A stretch of DNA of 64,000 bases from Porphyridium purpureum (lineage: Eukaryota): contig VRMN01000006.1 in the NCBI GenBank assembly GCA_008690995.1, positions 434,001 through 498,000 on the forward strand, given 5' to 3'. Position 1 is the stretch's first letter, and every line of letters starts with the position of its first letter. The notes beneath the pieces were generated by a model. It had not been told where the DNA came from. It ran no database searches and was given only the letters and a program-made list of their open reading frames with translations. Shown here in pieces: positions 37,812 through 49,001 of this stretch. The position numbers and the translations under genes were made by a program.

Positions 37812-40800
37812 CCTATCCCACTCCCAACCCCACACTTCCTCGCTCCCACACGACCAATTTGCAAATTATGTCACAAACGGAGCTTCTTTTCTTTACTTCT
37901 TCTTCTCTCCTCCTCTACCTCCTCTCTTCTTCCTAGCCTTTTTTCTTCGTTCGGCTGCCGCTCGCTCTGTTTTATACCCGCCTTCCGGCGCCGCAACGGC
38001 TTGCCCGGCGGGTTCAGCCCTCGGAATAACCCAATCCCGCGGCCCTCAACATAACTCAGCTGTACCACACGGTACACCCACAGCTGTACTTTCAGTACAC
38101 TTAGGGACTGTACCTCTGCGTACTCGCTGTACTGAGACCTGCATCAGGTCGCTCGCGACAGTTGAGCAAGAGCGTCCGAGTCTTCGTAGAAATGTCTGAA
38201 CCGTCCACCTTTAATGGAGCCGTAGGAAAGGCCACGGACGTGGACGAGGTGCTGAATCGTGACGGACGCCAGCAGGTGTACCGTGCCCCGGTGACGATCC
38301 AGAGCGGTCCTGCCCCCATGGAGCTCGCGTCGGCGGAGTGGGCGGAAGAACAGCATGGAACTGAATGCTGTCCCAGCCGTGCGGCAGGCAAAGGCCGCGG
38401 ACGTCAAATGAGAAGACACGGTCGCGGACAGGGTGGTGGCAAACGCGCTCCGCGCGGCGAGCAAGACAAGACTGCCAGCAAGGAGAGCAGCGGCTCGCGA
38501 TGCTACCGGTGCAAGCGTCGCGGCCACATTGCCTGTGAGTGCGGAGGCGCCACGGCTGCCTGCGTCACGGTGGATGAGGGCGAGCACGACAGCGGTGACG
38601 ACGCGGAACTGAACACCGTTGAGTGCTCACACGCCGTGACTTTGCCTTCGCCTGCCGCCACATCGGAGCACGGGCATCGACATCCCCCGGACCGTTGAAC
38701 CAACTACCGGTAGTCATGGCGAAGGGTACAGTGGAACATGAGGGTGCTCAGATTGGCGGTATCAGTAACAACGCTCAATGCGTACGTGAAGGCAAGCACG
38801 GTTTCCCACTTGGTCAGATGCTTCACCCAGGAGCAGGCCATGCAGCGCGTGACAGCGCGTCGCGCGGGTTAATGAGGGCTCCGGCAACAGTTGACGGACG
38901 GTTGGTTGGGGCTGTGGTCGATACCGATGCGTCGCATACGTTCGTGTAGAATCGATTGACGGTCTCGCTGGGCCTGAAGCCGTGGAAAAGCGATGGGAAA
39001 ATTCGTCTTGTCGACGGGACCCACAAGCCAATGCAAGGCACGGTTCGGGTCGGGGTAGGTGCGTTCGGTACGGAGCAGAAGGATTTTCGCGCAGTCATGC
39101 ACGCGTCGCACATCGACCTGCTTTTAGGCATTGATTGGCTGCGGGCCGCTGGCGCTCGGTTGTCCGCAGGCGACAGCGTGTTTTTGGTGACGGAAGTCCG
39201 GACTACCGTCGTACTAGCGCGAGCTTCGAGCCAAGATTCGGACGCCGCAACGGAGTCTCATAGCGAGCATGAGTCGTCGCACGAATCAAGCCGCGCGAAA
39301 GGAAGCGGACGTGGAGCGTGGAAACAGCATGCGCTCACGCACATGCCTGCGAGCCCAAGCTGCGGCATCTGCCGTGGTGCCAAAATAAGGCGGGACCGTG
39401 TGGTACGGAAAACGGCGGTAGGCGTAACCATGCGTAATGCGATGGGTTTCAACGAAGCCGTTCCGGTCGACATTCTCGACCCAGATCTCCAGGGCGTCGA
39501 CTGCAATCGTTTTTTGCTCACGCACGTCGACGTGGGGACCGGTTGGCTATCGGTGCAACCGATTCTGTCGAAGCACCCAGCAGCGGTGGCGGACTCGTTT
39601 ATCGAAATGCAGCGCGGTCGCGGCATGCCGCGGAGCTTCGTCCAGAATTTGACGCATTCTTGAAGGCCAACCTGGTCGAGTCGGTGCCTGACGTTGCGTA
39701 TAGATCAAGTACGCATGCAAGCTATGAGCGCTCGCACACTGACTTGGAAGCCGGTGGGCGTGCACTGCTGTGCCAGGCCGGGCTTTCACCCGCATGGTGC
39801 GGAGCTGCGGTGAAAAACTGGGCGCTCGCACGGAATCTCACGTGGGTAGGGTCCGGGGTGCCTCGGCGTTCCAGCTCCGATTCGGCCTGCGTTGGAGACG
39901 TGCGTTGCCTTTGTTCGGACAGGGGGTGGTCGTGTTTGACAACAGTCCAGCTGATAAATTCGCGAGCCGCGGACGCACGGCGGCGGCGACGGGTTCTGTG
40001 TTACCGAGGCTAAACGACCCGTGCGACAAGGTCAATGCCTCGGTCGTGGGCCCTGAGGATGAGGCCGGCAGCCGTGCATGCGGCCTATGAATGGAAGGTC
40101 CTCGAAGACTGTTGGTCCCTGCGTAACCTTGGTCTGCGTCTGGTCACGGAGCTCGAGTGGCACACCGCACAACCAGAATTGAGCGAGCGTGTGGAGGCAG
40201 AAATGCTCAAGTCTTGCACGCAGTGCAGAAAACCATGGATGCAAGACGTCGCGGTGACATGTGACCGGTGTTTACAAGGCAGAAAGTCGGATGCAAGGTA
40301 CGAGTCGGCCGTGGCATATGGCAAGCGACGATGCTGTTGTCCAAGACTACCAGACGGCACGATTGGTGCTGAAGCAGTGCACGACACGAGCAGAAGTAGG
40401 AGGCCCGTGCAGCGGTGGTCCGCGCAGGAAGATGATGCGATACGAGACAGATATGCCCACGCGGGGGCGCAATGGAAGCTCTTGCGTGGTATACATGCGC
40501 GTGTGTTCGACGAACGCGCGCGGACTCCTCAAGGCCTGCGCAGCCGCACCGTGGCGCTAGGCCTTGTGCCAGGCAAGAAAGGCACAACGCACGGGAATGC
40601 AAGCGCAAATGCAAGAGCAGCAGCAGCGCAGGCTGCCGAGGTGGTGCCGCTAGGCACGGCCGTAGGGACAGACGCTGGACGGAGGGTACTCAAGGCCGAA
40701 CTCACACCCTTGGTTCAGGTCGGCGCTTTGCAGCTGGACAAGGCTGTCGAGCACCGCGACGTCACGCGGAAAGCAGGCGTGCGGTTTGTGAAGCTGAAAG

Positions 40801-41251
40801 CAATCATGGCGGTGAAGAATGCCGAGATGCCGACCGAATACAGGAAGCACAAGTGCAGAATAGTTGCACAAGGGTGCATTCTGCGTGACGGCGATGGTCG
40901 GTTCGCGACGCCCGAGCCATTCAAGCACAAAAAGCCCCCGGGGCTGAGCAGCGTGCGCGCAACGATGAGCAGATGTCTTTTGGCGTATAGTTGGGAGGCC
41001 GAAGCCGTGTTCCTTGATGTTGATAGCGCGTACCTGCACACAAAACTCAGCCGCAACCCGACGTATGGCACGTTACAGACGCTTCTTTCCCTCTTAAACG
41101 GGTCCTTGCAGCAAGCTTTGCTCGAGCGACTGCGCAGAATGAAAAAACCTGTCGTGCACTTGCCACTGGCCCTTTATGAGCTTGCGCGTGCCGGCTCCGA
41201 TTTTACAGAGCACGGACGCAGGGAGATGCTGGCGATGGCATGGCGCGAGAG

Positions 41252-41330
41252 CGTCGTGAGCGACCTGATGCATGTCTCAGTACAGCGGGTACGCATCAAT
41301 ACAATTGATGAGTGTACGAAAAGTACATGT
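41252..41330 (+). repeat. Diverged fragment of a B-family LTR
   Basis: GTCGTGAGCGACCTGATGCATGTCTCAGTACAGCG matches the start of 62919-63210. Confidence 0.75.
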
Positions 41331-41799
41331 ATGCTAGAAACCTCCAGAGAAAGTGTCAAATTAGACAGAGAAAACTTTTGGCGCTCGAGCGCGCGGTAGA
41401 GAGGAAAGCTCCAAAGCTCCTGTCAACAAGGTGAGACACAAACAGTCGCGTCCCACGGTATTTTCTTGTGGAAGATTCTGTGCGCGAAGACGAGTTCATC
41501 ACTTCTGAACCCGTTTCCACTTACCCACGAATAATTCCGAGACACACTGCTTATTCCAAAAGAAAACTACTTTTAATCCTTTTCACCCGTAATCTTTTCC
41601 TGTGAAAGCCGCTCCCCGTCGACACGTTCTGCCATGTCCTTAAATCGTCCTCTGTGACGGACACAGACTTGAATGAGCGGATGGAGAGGCGGCGTACACG
41701 GCTATTGCGAACGTCTCTTGCGCTGATGCAGGCTCATACTTGAAGAGAAAGGAAGCTTCCGCGAAGCTACCTGAGGCGCAGCGACGAGCCCACGGGAGT

Positions 41800-42520
41800 G
41801 GATAACGCCCAAGCGCTGTCGCTCTCTTTCCTTCTTCGCGCTGGTCGATGGAATGTGCGCGCGTGCCACCTACTTGGCAGTGCGCTCGGCGGAGTGATGG
41901 GCGCTCACACGCCCACAAGTTTTCTTGCCGCCCCTCTCTGCAAATCTCGACACACAAGAACTAAGCCTTTACTCCACTGCATATCTCTCTTGCTGTCAGA
42001 ACCACATTCCTCCAAGCGCATCCATGCGACGATCAAGAATTTAATCAGTGATATCGAGACGCCTGAGCTGAGTGTCTTTATTTTTTTTTTCGATGCTATT
42101 GGTTGACCTGAAAGCGTCCACACAAGGTCTGCCAGACTTGCTGTTGGCGGCTGCCAGCACAGAAGCATGTCCGAGAAATGAAAGAGCGTGTCAGATCTGA
42201 GGACCGTTGTCTGGAAAGCGCACAAGGTCGAGCAAGCGTTTGAAAATAAAAGTGGATACATTCGTCTTTGTCGAAGGCCATTCCAGCAGATTTCGGTCAC
42301 TGGGAGGAACTCTGAGACAGCCGCCTTGCTAAGCTCCCATGCGCACAAGTGCGCACGTTGGAGCACCTTACGTGAAGTCCGCTCCATACAGCGACCTATA
42401 TCCATAGGATCGATACTGGCCTCTTGCCTTCAAGAAAGAAAGACTCGCCCTCCGGCGATCTCCACGCCAGCCCTTCTAACATGCTCTACCCTGGCGGCAA
42501 ACACCAAGCGCAACTGTGAA
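41800..42520. repeat. Copy 1 of an unclassified dispersed repeat (interrupted at ~41995-42414)
   Basis: Similar to 58230-58580 and 60255-60640 (GCGCGCGT.CCACC...GTGATG.GCGC...TTTTCTTGCC). Confidence 0.7.
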
Positions 42521-43329
42521 ATATATCCTCGCGCCTCCGTGCCCCGTGTCCGCCCGAGACTGTGAGATATCCACAGAGGTCGGCTTTATTCCCAAATGCC
42601 ACACGGCTTGTCGCTACGTGAAAGCATCAGTGGGCAGTGTTTTTCTACAGCCATTTGCCAACTTGTCACGGCTTTCACGTGCTCGTATACGGCAAGTCTG
42701 TCTGCTGCATACACATGCGGCCAGCGCACACTTATTTTGGGCATCTTGAGAGCATGAAGCTTCTTCTCACTCCAGCCCTCTTCCACAGCGCTCAGTGTCG
42801 TCTCATTGTCTTCCTCATTTGCATACGCGGTCACTTTACACGCGACTCTTCGATGAATGTCGCTATTGGGAATGCTCTGTGCTGCGGGACAGTACGCAGG
42901 AAAATAAGCTCCAACTCGGCTGTAGATGTCGCAATCCTCCCCTGTCGACTGCTTAGCCAATCAACGGTGCGCTCAGCTCCGCTGGCGCTCATGTACGCAC
43001 AAATACCCGTCCTTGATCCTTCCTCGCAAAGATCTGGATCCGAATAATAGACAATGACGGGCGCGAGGCCCTCGGTCGCAGCGTCGCGTATTCAAGATGC
43101 CAGTCCGCGCTATCTCGAACGCATCGCGGTATGTTCGTCAAACATTTATCCGCCACCTGGTTTTATCTGTCCGTACACCGCGCCAAAAATCCTGCGGCGA
43201 AGGGCTGAATTAGTTGTTGTCGTTCGAACGAGCCATAATACTTGACCGAGCCTCCTGCGCGATTCGGCCCCGCAGCGGCTGCCGTCGATGTCTAGTTCAG
43301 GTCGCTGGACCAACGAATTCGTACGCTTT

Positions 43330-43583
43330 TGTCATGATACTCTCCACCTTAACTGTACCACCCACCGCACGACTGCTTTGTACCCTCTAGATTCAAACCT
43401 CGTTCTAACTGGCGCCTCCACTTATTACAGGGAATCCACTGTAGGGTAGGGTGGAGTATTCAAGCGCGTCGCCCACGACGCGCTACCTATCTTGTAAACC
43501 GGAGGGCCGATATGGCCAGTGGAATTGCGGCTGGGTTGACGGAGGAGGGTTGTGAATTGGCCCTTCGGGACCATATCATGGCA
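43330..43583. mobile_element. Solo LTR related to 31594-31880
   Basis: TGTCATGATA...TATCATGGCA inverted ends; shares GGAGGGCCGA, GGCCAGTGG and GGCCCTT.GGGAC.ATATCA with 31594-31880; no clean TSD. Confidence 0.7.
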
Positions 43584-44817
43584 TACGTCCAGAAAGCGAC
43601 CATCAGCCTAATTGCCATGTTCCAAGATGACAGCACTAATTGCCGCCCTCACAGACACCAACCCCGGTGGCTTTTCCCACGCAAAGGGGTCGACCACAAG
43701 TCCTTGTGCATTCTGAACAACAAAGTCCTGCGCAACCAAGCGGTGCTCATACCGGGAAGCTTCGATGCCGAATTCCGCGTTTTTCATCGCAAAGATGACC
43801 TTCAGCTTCACGAGCTATATGCCGGGCTTTCTGACCGCGTCCGCTGTCTCTCCATGGCCTTCTCTAGAAGCATGGCGCCAATCTTCCGTAGTGCATTCAG
43901 TTCCTTCTCAAACGCCAAGCGTCCCGGTCGCGATCGTATTGCTCCCTGGGCGTCGACTGTTATCCGTTCGACCCCAGTCACCTAGAACGGTTCGGTTAAT
44001 CCAAAACCGGTAAGCCGTTAAACCGGTAGACCGTTGAACCGTTTCTAGAAGCTTCTAGAGGTTCCAGAACCTTCTAGACGCGCGCAGAAATGCCAATGAT
44101 TTGCATTGTCATTTCTCTTGGCGCCTTGCTGTCCCTAGCGGAAGTAAGGGTATAAAAAGGCGACGCGCCTGCCCGGACTAGCCGGTCAGGTCTTGCTCGG
44201 AGACAGAAGAGGTAAGAAGAAGCAGAGTAAAAGGCACAGCATTGGTAACATTTGGTATCATCGCTGGTTACCTGGGGTTGCTCTAAGGTTCTCTTAGAGT
44301 TTCTCTGGGGTTGCCTGGGTGGGAGAGTCTGCGGGTAAGGGGGTTCGAGTAAGTCGATCCGGAGGGTGCGACGGGTGGAAGCGGGTCTCAGTCTTGGCTG
44401 TACGATAGGCCTAGGCCTTGACGGCGGACTCGCTCTCTGCCTTAGCACGTATTAGTAGGCAAGAGCCGTAACGGTCAGCCTTCACTAGGATTCATCCTAG
44501 TGTCGCACGACCACCTTTGCGAAGGTAGGCGCCGAACACCTCCATACAAGATCGCATCTATAATCCCCGCCCCAGTGCAAAGGCCCGGGCCGCTCCCCAT
44601 CCAGCGCAACAGAGGAGGATTGCTGTGTGCTTTGTTGTGTGTGCGTGAGAAGATTGCTGTGCGTGTGTGTGCGTGAGAGGACAGCTTCGTGTGTCGGTTT
44701 GTGTTCGTGAGGGCGACCGAGCCCGTTCGTGGTGCGCGCAGCTGTTGGAGAAAGTGAGCATCGGAGGCTTGCTGTTTGTGTCGTTGTCGTCGTTGAGCGT
44801 GCTTTAGTCCAGAAAGC

Positions 44818-45624
44818 ATGGAGATTGATTCGGAGACGCTGGGACCACGTGGCCCGAAGGAGGCCCGTCAGATGAGGTTCGACGGGAAGCGTGACCTTCT
44901 GGTTGTGAAGACGTGGTTGTTCCAGGCGAGAAAGAAGATCTTGGGCCGGCTGTTGGAGAGCATCCACCCGGACGATTTGGAGAAACGTCTGCTTGCGGAG
45001 AGGCGTGCTGTGGACTTGGCATCAGACTACTTCGAGGGAGAGGCGCTTCATTGGTGGGTCCTGAACTGCGAGCGCTACCCGCAGGAGATCCCCACGACGT
45101 GGAATGATTTCGCTGCCCTCGTGAGTGCTCGGTTCACGCCGCAGGATTCGATCAGGCGTGCAAGGGACAAGTTGACGCGTCTTTCGCAGAAAGGCCCGGC
45201 CCATGCGTATGTGGCGGCTTTTCAGGACGCGGCACTTGTGATTCCGGACTTGTCGGACGCAGAAATGATGGACCGCTTTGTGAGGGGTCTGAAGCCCGAG
45301 GTCCGCTTAGAAGTGTACAAGCGAGGAGTGAGCACGTTTGCGGAGGCTGCGCAGGTGGCGGTGGTCGTGGACGACGCCATTCATGCGACCCGCGGCGTGC
45401 GTGATTCAAGTGTGAGGACGCCATTTTTCGGTCGTGCAGCGCAGGAAGGACCCGTCCCGATGGAGCTGGGACATGTGCAGGGTCAGAGGCGTGTTCGAAG
45501 CGAGCTCAAATGCTGGAATTGTGGAAGGCCGGGACACATCGCGAGGAAGTGTCCCGAGGCAAGGAAGACTATCCAGCAGCTGGAGGGAGACTCGCTGGAG
45601 TCAAAAAACGAGGAGCTCGAGTAG
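44818..45624 (+). CDS. gag: Gag of element C
   Basis: YFEGEALHWW, RFVRGLK, GPVPMELG, CWNCGRPGHIARKC. Confidence 0.95.
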   Translation: MEIDSETLGPRGPKEARQMRFDGKRDLLVVKTWLFQARKKILGRLLESIHPDDLEKRLLAERRAVDLASDYFEGEALHWWVLNCERYPQEIPTTWNDFAALVSARFTPQDSIRRARDKLTRLSQKGPAHAYVAAFQDAALVIPDLSDAEMMDRFVRGLKPEVRLEVYKRGVSTFAEAAQVAVVVDDAIHATRGVRDSSVRTPFFGRAAQEGPVPMELGHVQGQRRVRSELKCWNCGRPGHIARKCPEARKTIQQLEGDSLESKNEELE

Positions 45625-48600
45625 AGAGGTTCCTCGGACAGTCAGAGGGAAAGGAGGCTCGCACACGTTACGAGACCTCTAGGGGCGGTAATGAAGACCG
45701 CTGTGGTGGCCTTGGTAAGCCAAGGTCTGGCTGTCCGACACCTTGTGGGCGAAACTCGAGCGCAAATCAGCCCGTGATCAAGGAACTTGGAGGGATGGGA
45801 GCTGCCATGCTTCTTCGAGTTCGAGGAAAAGTGCACAAGTCCGACGGAGAGGCCACGTTTTTGATTGACAGTGGCGCGACGGACAACTTCATGAGCGTGG
45901 ACTTTGTGCAGAAATCCGACGGCCTGAAGCAGAAGGCGTCGTGGAAGAGAGATCATGTGACCCTAGCGGATGGGTCTGTATTGGAAACAGCCGGAGAAGT
46001 TTCCAATGTCAAGTTTGAACTGAGCGATGGGTACTCAGGGACCGCTACCTTTGCCATTTGCCGGATTGCGGGACAAGACGCAATCTTGGGCATGGAGTGG
46101 CTGAAGCGGGAGAACCCAGTGATTGATTGGCAGTCTGGCATGTTGGCCTACGGAGAGAAAAAGGCCTGGAGCATGACGCAGATGCTGGTGCCACGGAAAG
46201 AGCTCCGTCGGCTGTTGAAGAGTCAGGAGGTAGAAGAGTGCTACCTCGGCGTGCTGAAAGGAAGGGAGAAGCCCTGTTCAGTGGAGCGCAAAGAAGCTGA
46301 CTCTGTGAGAAAGATGCTCAAGGATTTCGAAAATCTGTTCGAGGAGCCACGTGGGCTGCCTGAGAGCCGAACAGTGGAGCATGTGATTAGGCTGAAAGAT
46401 GAGAAGCCTGTGAGAGTGGGCAGGGTCTACCGACTGAGCCCTGCGGAGTTGAAAGTCCTCCGAGAGACTTTGGATGACTTGCTGGACAAAGGATTCGTCC
46501 AGCCGAGTCAGAGCCCGTTTGGAGCACCCGTGCTGTTCGTGAAGAAGAAAGACGGCAGCATGAGGATGTGCGTTGATTATCGGGCGTTGAACGACGCAAC
46601 TGTGAAGGACCGGTATCCGTTGCCGAACATGGATGAGTTGCTGGATCGACTGGGCGCAGCTCACTGTTTCTCAAAGTTGGATTTGGCATCGGGATACCAC
46701 CAGTTGCGTGTTCGGAGAGAGGACGTGCCGAAGACCGCGTTCCAGACCAGGTACGGACAGTTCGAGTTCCGTGTGATGCCGTTTGGTCTTTGCAACGCGC
46801 CGGCAACTTTTCAGAGGGCCATGAACGAGCTGTTTGCAGATCTGCTGGACAAGACCGTCATTGTCTACTTGGACGATATTTTGGTCTTTACCAAGGATAG
46901 GCAGTCGCACGGCGAGGTCCTGAAGGAAGTGTTGTCGCGCTTGCAAAAGGCAGGGTATCGTTTGAAGCGCAAGAAGTGCAGCTTTTTCGTTTCTGAAGTC
47001 GAATACCTGGGGAACATTGTCGGCAACGGTTGCGTGAAGATGGATCCACGGAAGGTGGAAGCTTTGAGAGATTGGCCAGTGCCAAAGACGGTGACGGAGT
47101 TGAGATCCTTTTTGGGAATGACAAACTGGTTTCGCAGGTTTGTCAAAGGATACTCTACCGTCGTGGCGCCGCTGACTTCGCTGTTGCAGAACGCAAAGTC
47201 GAAGAAGCAGCTGATCGAACTGGGAGATGAAGGCAAGTCGGCCTTCAAGAAGATTGTCGGGATGTTGACGGAAGCGCCGGTGTTGGCCTTGCCAGACCCT
47301 GAAAAGCCATTTGAGGTGTACACGGACCGCTCCGAAGTCGCGGTGGGGGGATGGCTGGCACAGGAAGGCAGACCGGTCGCGTTTACGTCGAGGAAGCTGC
47401 TGGACCGAGAGACCAGGTACAGCAGCTATGAAGGTGAGCTCATGGCCGTCATTCACTGTCTGCGAGAGTTTCGACCTTATCTGTACGGGGCAAAGTTTGT
47501 GCTTCACACAGATCATGAGGCGTTGAAACATTTGATGACGCAGAAGGAGCTGAATGGCCGGCAAGCACGGTGGTTGGACTTTTTGGCCGAGTTTGATATC
47601 ACAATCGACTATGTGAAGGGAAAGTCGAACGTGGTAGCCGATGCTTTGTCGAGGAAGCCGGAGTTGCACGCGCTAGAGTACCAAGTTCGGTGTGATGAAT
47701 TTGGTACGGGTTTCCAGGCATTCGTGGGTTCGTACTCGAGTGACCCAGACTTTGGTACTTTGATGGGAGATTTACCGACCCACCAGGGTTTTCGAACCGA
47801 AGCTGGGCTCTTGTACTTGAGGAATCGCGTTTGCGTGCCGAGGAAGTTCAGAGAGCGTGTCATGCAACTCCACCACGATATCCCGACAGCAGGGCACCGT
47901 GGAGCGGACACAACTCATGCGTCTTTGATGACTCGCTTCTACTGGCCAAAGATGAAGCGAGACGTGAGCCGTTTTGTGAAGACTTGTCACGCATGCCAAG
48001 TGACAAAGTCAGAGAATCGGTCGTTTGGAAAGCTGAAGCCCTTGTCGATCCCAGAAGGACCTTGGGTCGACATCTCGATGGACTTCGTGACGGAGCTGCC
48101 TCGGAGCGAAGGCAGCTGTGATGCAATCATGACTGTGGTGGATCGATATTCGAAGATGGCGCTGTTTATCCCGACGCGCAAGGACTTGACAGCAAAACGT
48201 TGTGCTGACTTGTTCGTGAAGCACGTCGTGAGCCGTTTCGGATACCCCAAGTCAATTGTATCGGACCGAGATCCGCTGTTTACGTCCACGTTTTGGCAGC
48301 AGTTGAGCAAGCGGGTGGGTATGAAGTTGGCTATGTCTACCGCCAACCACCCGCAGACAGATGGCCAAACTGAGCGAGTGAACCGCGTGATTCGGGAAAT
48401 GCTCAAGTTGATGGCGACGAATAGTGGCTGGGTGCGAGACTTGCCGTTGTATGAGTTTGCGTACAACTCTGCACCAAGCAGTGCCACTGGATTCGCGCCG
48501 TTCAAAGTGGTATATGGAAGGGATCCTCGGTTTCCACCGAGTGAAGGGTGGACGCCTGCGCGTGACGGACAGACGAAGGACATGGCGGAGCACTGGTTTC

Positions 48601-49001
48601 GCCTGTGCAAAGTCCATGAAGAAGTCCGCGACAATTTGATCGAAGCCCAAGGGAGAATGCAGAAGTTCTTCGATCGACGCAAGGATGCCCGGGAGTTTCA
48701 AGTTGGTGATCAAGTGTTGGTCACGGCGCCGCAAATGCGGCCGAACAAGAGTGATTTGGCGGCACCAAAGTTTCTTGGTCCGGTGCCTGTCATTGAGAAG
48801 GTAAGCTCGCATGCTTACCGAGTGATTTTGCCCGAGGGTGTGGCTTGTCATGATGTTTTTCCGATCCAGCATCTGAGGCCATACTATGGACGCGAAGAAT
48901 ACATGGCAGGGGAAAATGATGAAGAAGTACCCGACGAAATGCCGGCGTCCGATTCTGAGCCCGACTTGTTGAAAATTATCGAAGAGTCTGACTCTGAATG
49001 A
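45603..49001 (+). CDS. pol: Pol of element C (PR-RT-RH-IN), reached by -1 frameshift
   Basis: Slippery A AAA AAC at 45603-09 plus a GAGGA/TCCTC stem; LIDSGA, YLDD, VSDRDPLF, DGQTERVN; acidic tail. Confidence 0.95.
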   Translation, partial: KKRGARVERFLGQSEGKEARTRYETSRGGNEDRCGGLGKPRSGCPTPCGRNSSANQPVIKELGGMGAAMLLRVRGKVHKSDGEATFLIDSGATDNFMSVDFVQKSDGLKQKASWKRDHVTLADGSVLETAGEVSNVKFELSDGYSGTATFAICRIAGQDAILGMEWLKRENPVIDWQSGMLAYGEKKAWSMTQMLVPRKELRRLLKSQEVEECYLGVLKGREKPCSVERKEADSVRKMLKDFENLFEEPRGLPESRTVEHVIRLKDEKPVRVGRVYRLSPAELKVLRETLDDLLDKGFVQPSQSPFGAPVLFVKKKDGSMRMCVDYRALNDATVKDRYPLPNMDELLDRLGAAHCFSKLDLASGYHQLRVRREDVPKTAFQTRYGQFEFRVMPFGLCNAPATFQRAMNELFADLLDKTVIVYLDDILVFTKDRQSHGEVLKEVLSRLQKAGYRLKRKKCSFFVSEVEYLGNIVGNGCVKMDPRKVEALRDWPVPKTVTELRSFLGMTNWFRRFVKGYSTVVAPLTSLLQNAKSKKQLIELGDEGKSAFKKIVGMLTEAPVLALPDPEKPFEVYTDRSEVAVGGWLAQEGRPVAFTSRKLLDRETRYSSYEGELMAVIHCLREFRPYLYGAKFVLHTDHEALKHLMTQKELNGRQARWLDFLAEFDITIDYVKGKSNVVADALSRKPELHALEYQVRCDEFGTGFQAFVGSYSSDPDFGTLMGDLPTHQGFRTEAGLLYLRNRVCVPRKFRERVMQLHHDIPTAGHRGADTTHASLMTRFYWPKMKRDVSRFVKTCHACQVTKSENRSFGKLKPLSIPEGPWVDISMDFVTELPRSEGSCDAIMTVVDRYSKMALFIPTRKDLTAKRCADLFVKHVVSRFGYPKSIVSDRDPLFTSTFWQQLSKRVGMKLAMSTANHPQTDGQTERVNRVIREMLKLMATNSGWVRDLPLYEFAYNSAPSSATGFAPFKVVYGRDPRFPPSEGWTPARDGQTKDMAEHWFRLCKVHEEVRDNLIEAQGRMQKFFDRRKDAREFQVGDQVLVTAPQMRPNKSDLAAPKFLGPVPVIEKVSSHAYRVILPEGVACHDVFPIQHLRPYYGREEYMAGENDEEVPDEMPASDSEPDLLKIIEESDSE

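Larger units (their letters stand above)
31935..38160 (-). mobile_element. Element B: intact Ty3/Gypsy chromovirus-type LTR retrotransposon
   Basis: 292-bp LTRs at 31935-32226 and 37869-38160 (two differences seen); 4-bp TSD GTTG; PPT GGGAAGTGTGGGA; intact gag and pol. Confidence 0.97.
30954..41251 (+). mobile_element. Element E: decayed member of the hybrid D-like family, interrupted by a solo LTR and by element B
   Basis: After removing the inserts, Gag reads ICLRSAGLSEEEKLDRFLCGLSK...PAPMELA...CYRCKRRGHIACEC. Protease VVDTDASHTFV...LLLGIDWL; integrase HALTHMPASPSCGIC; Copia-type RT KCRIVAQG, FLDVDSAYL, LALYELARAG. Truncated at a B-like LTR fragment. Confidence 0.85.
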
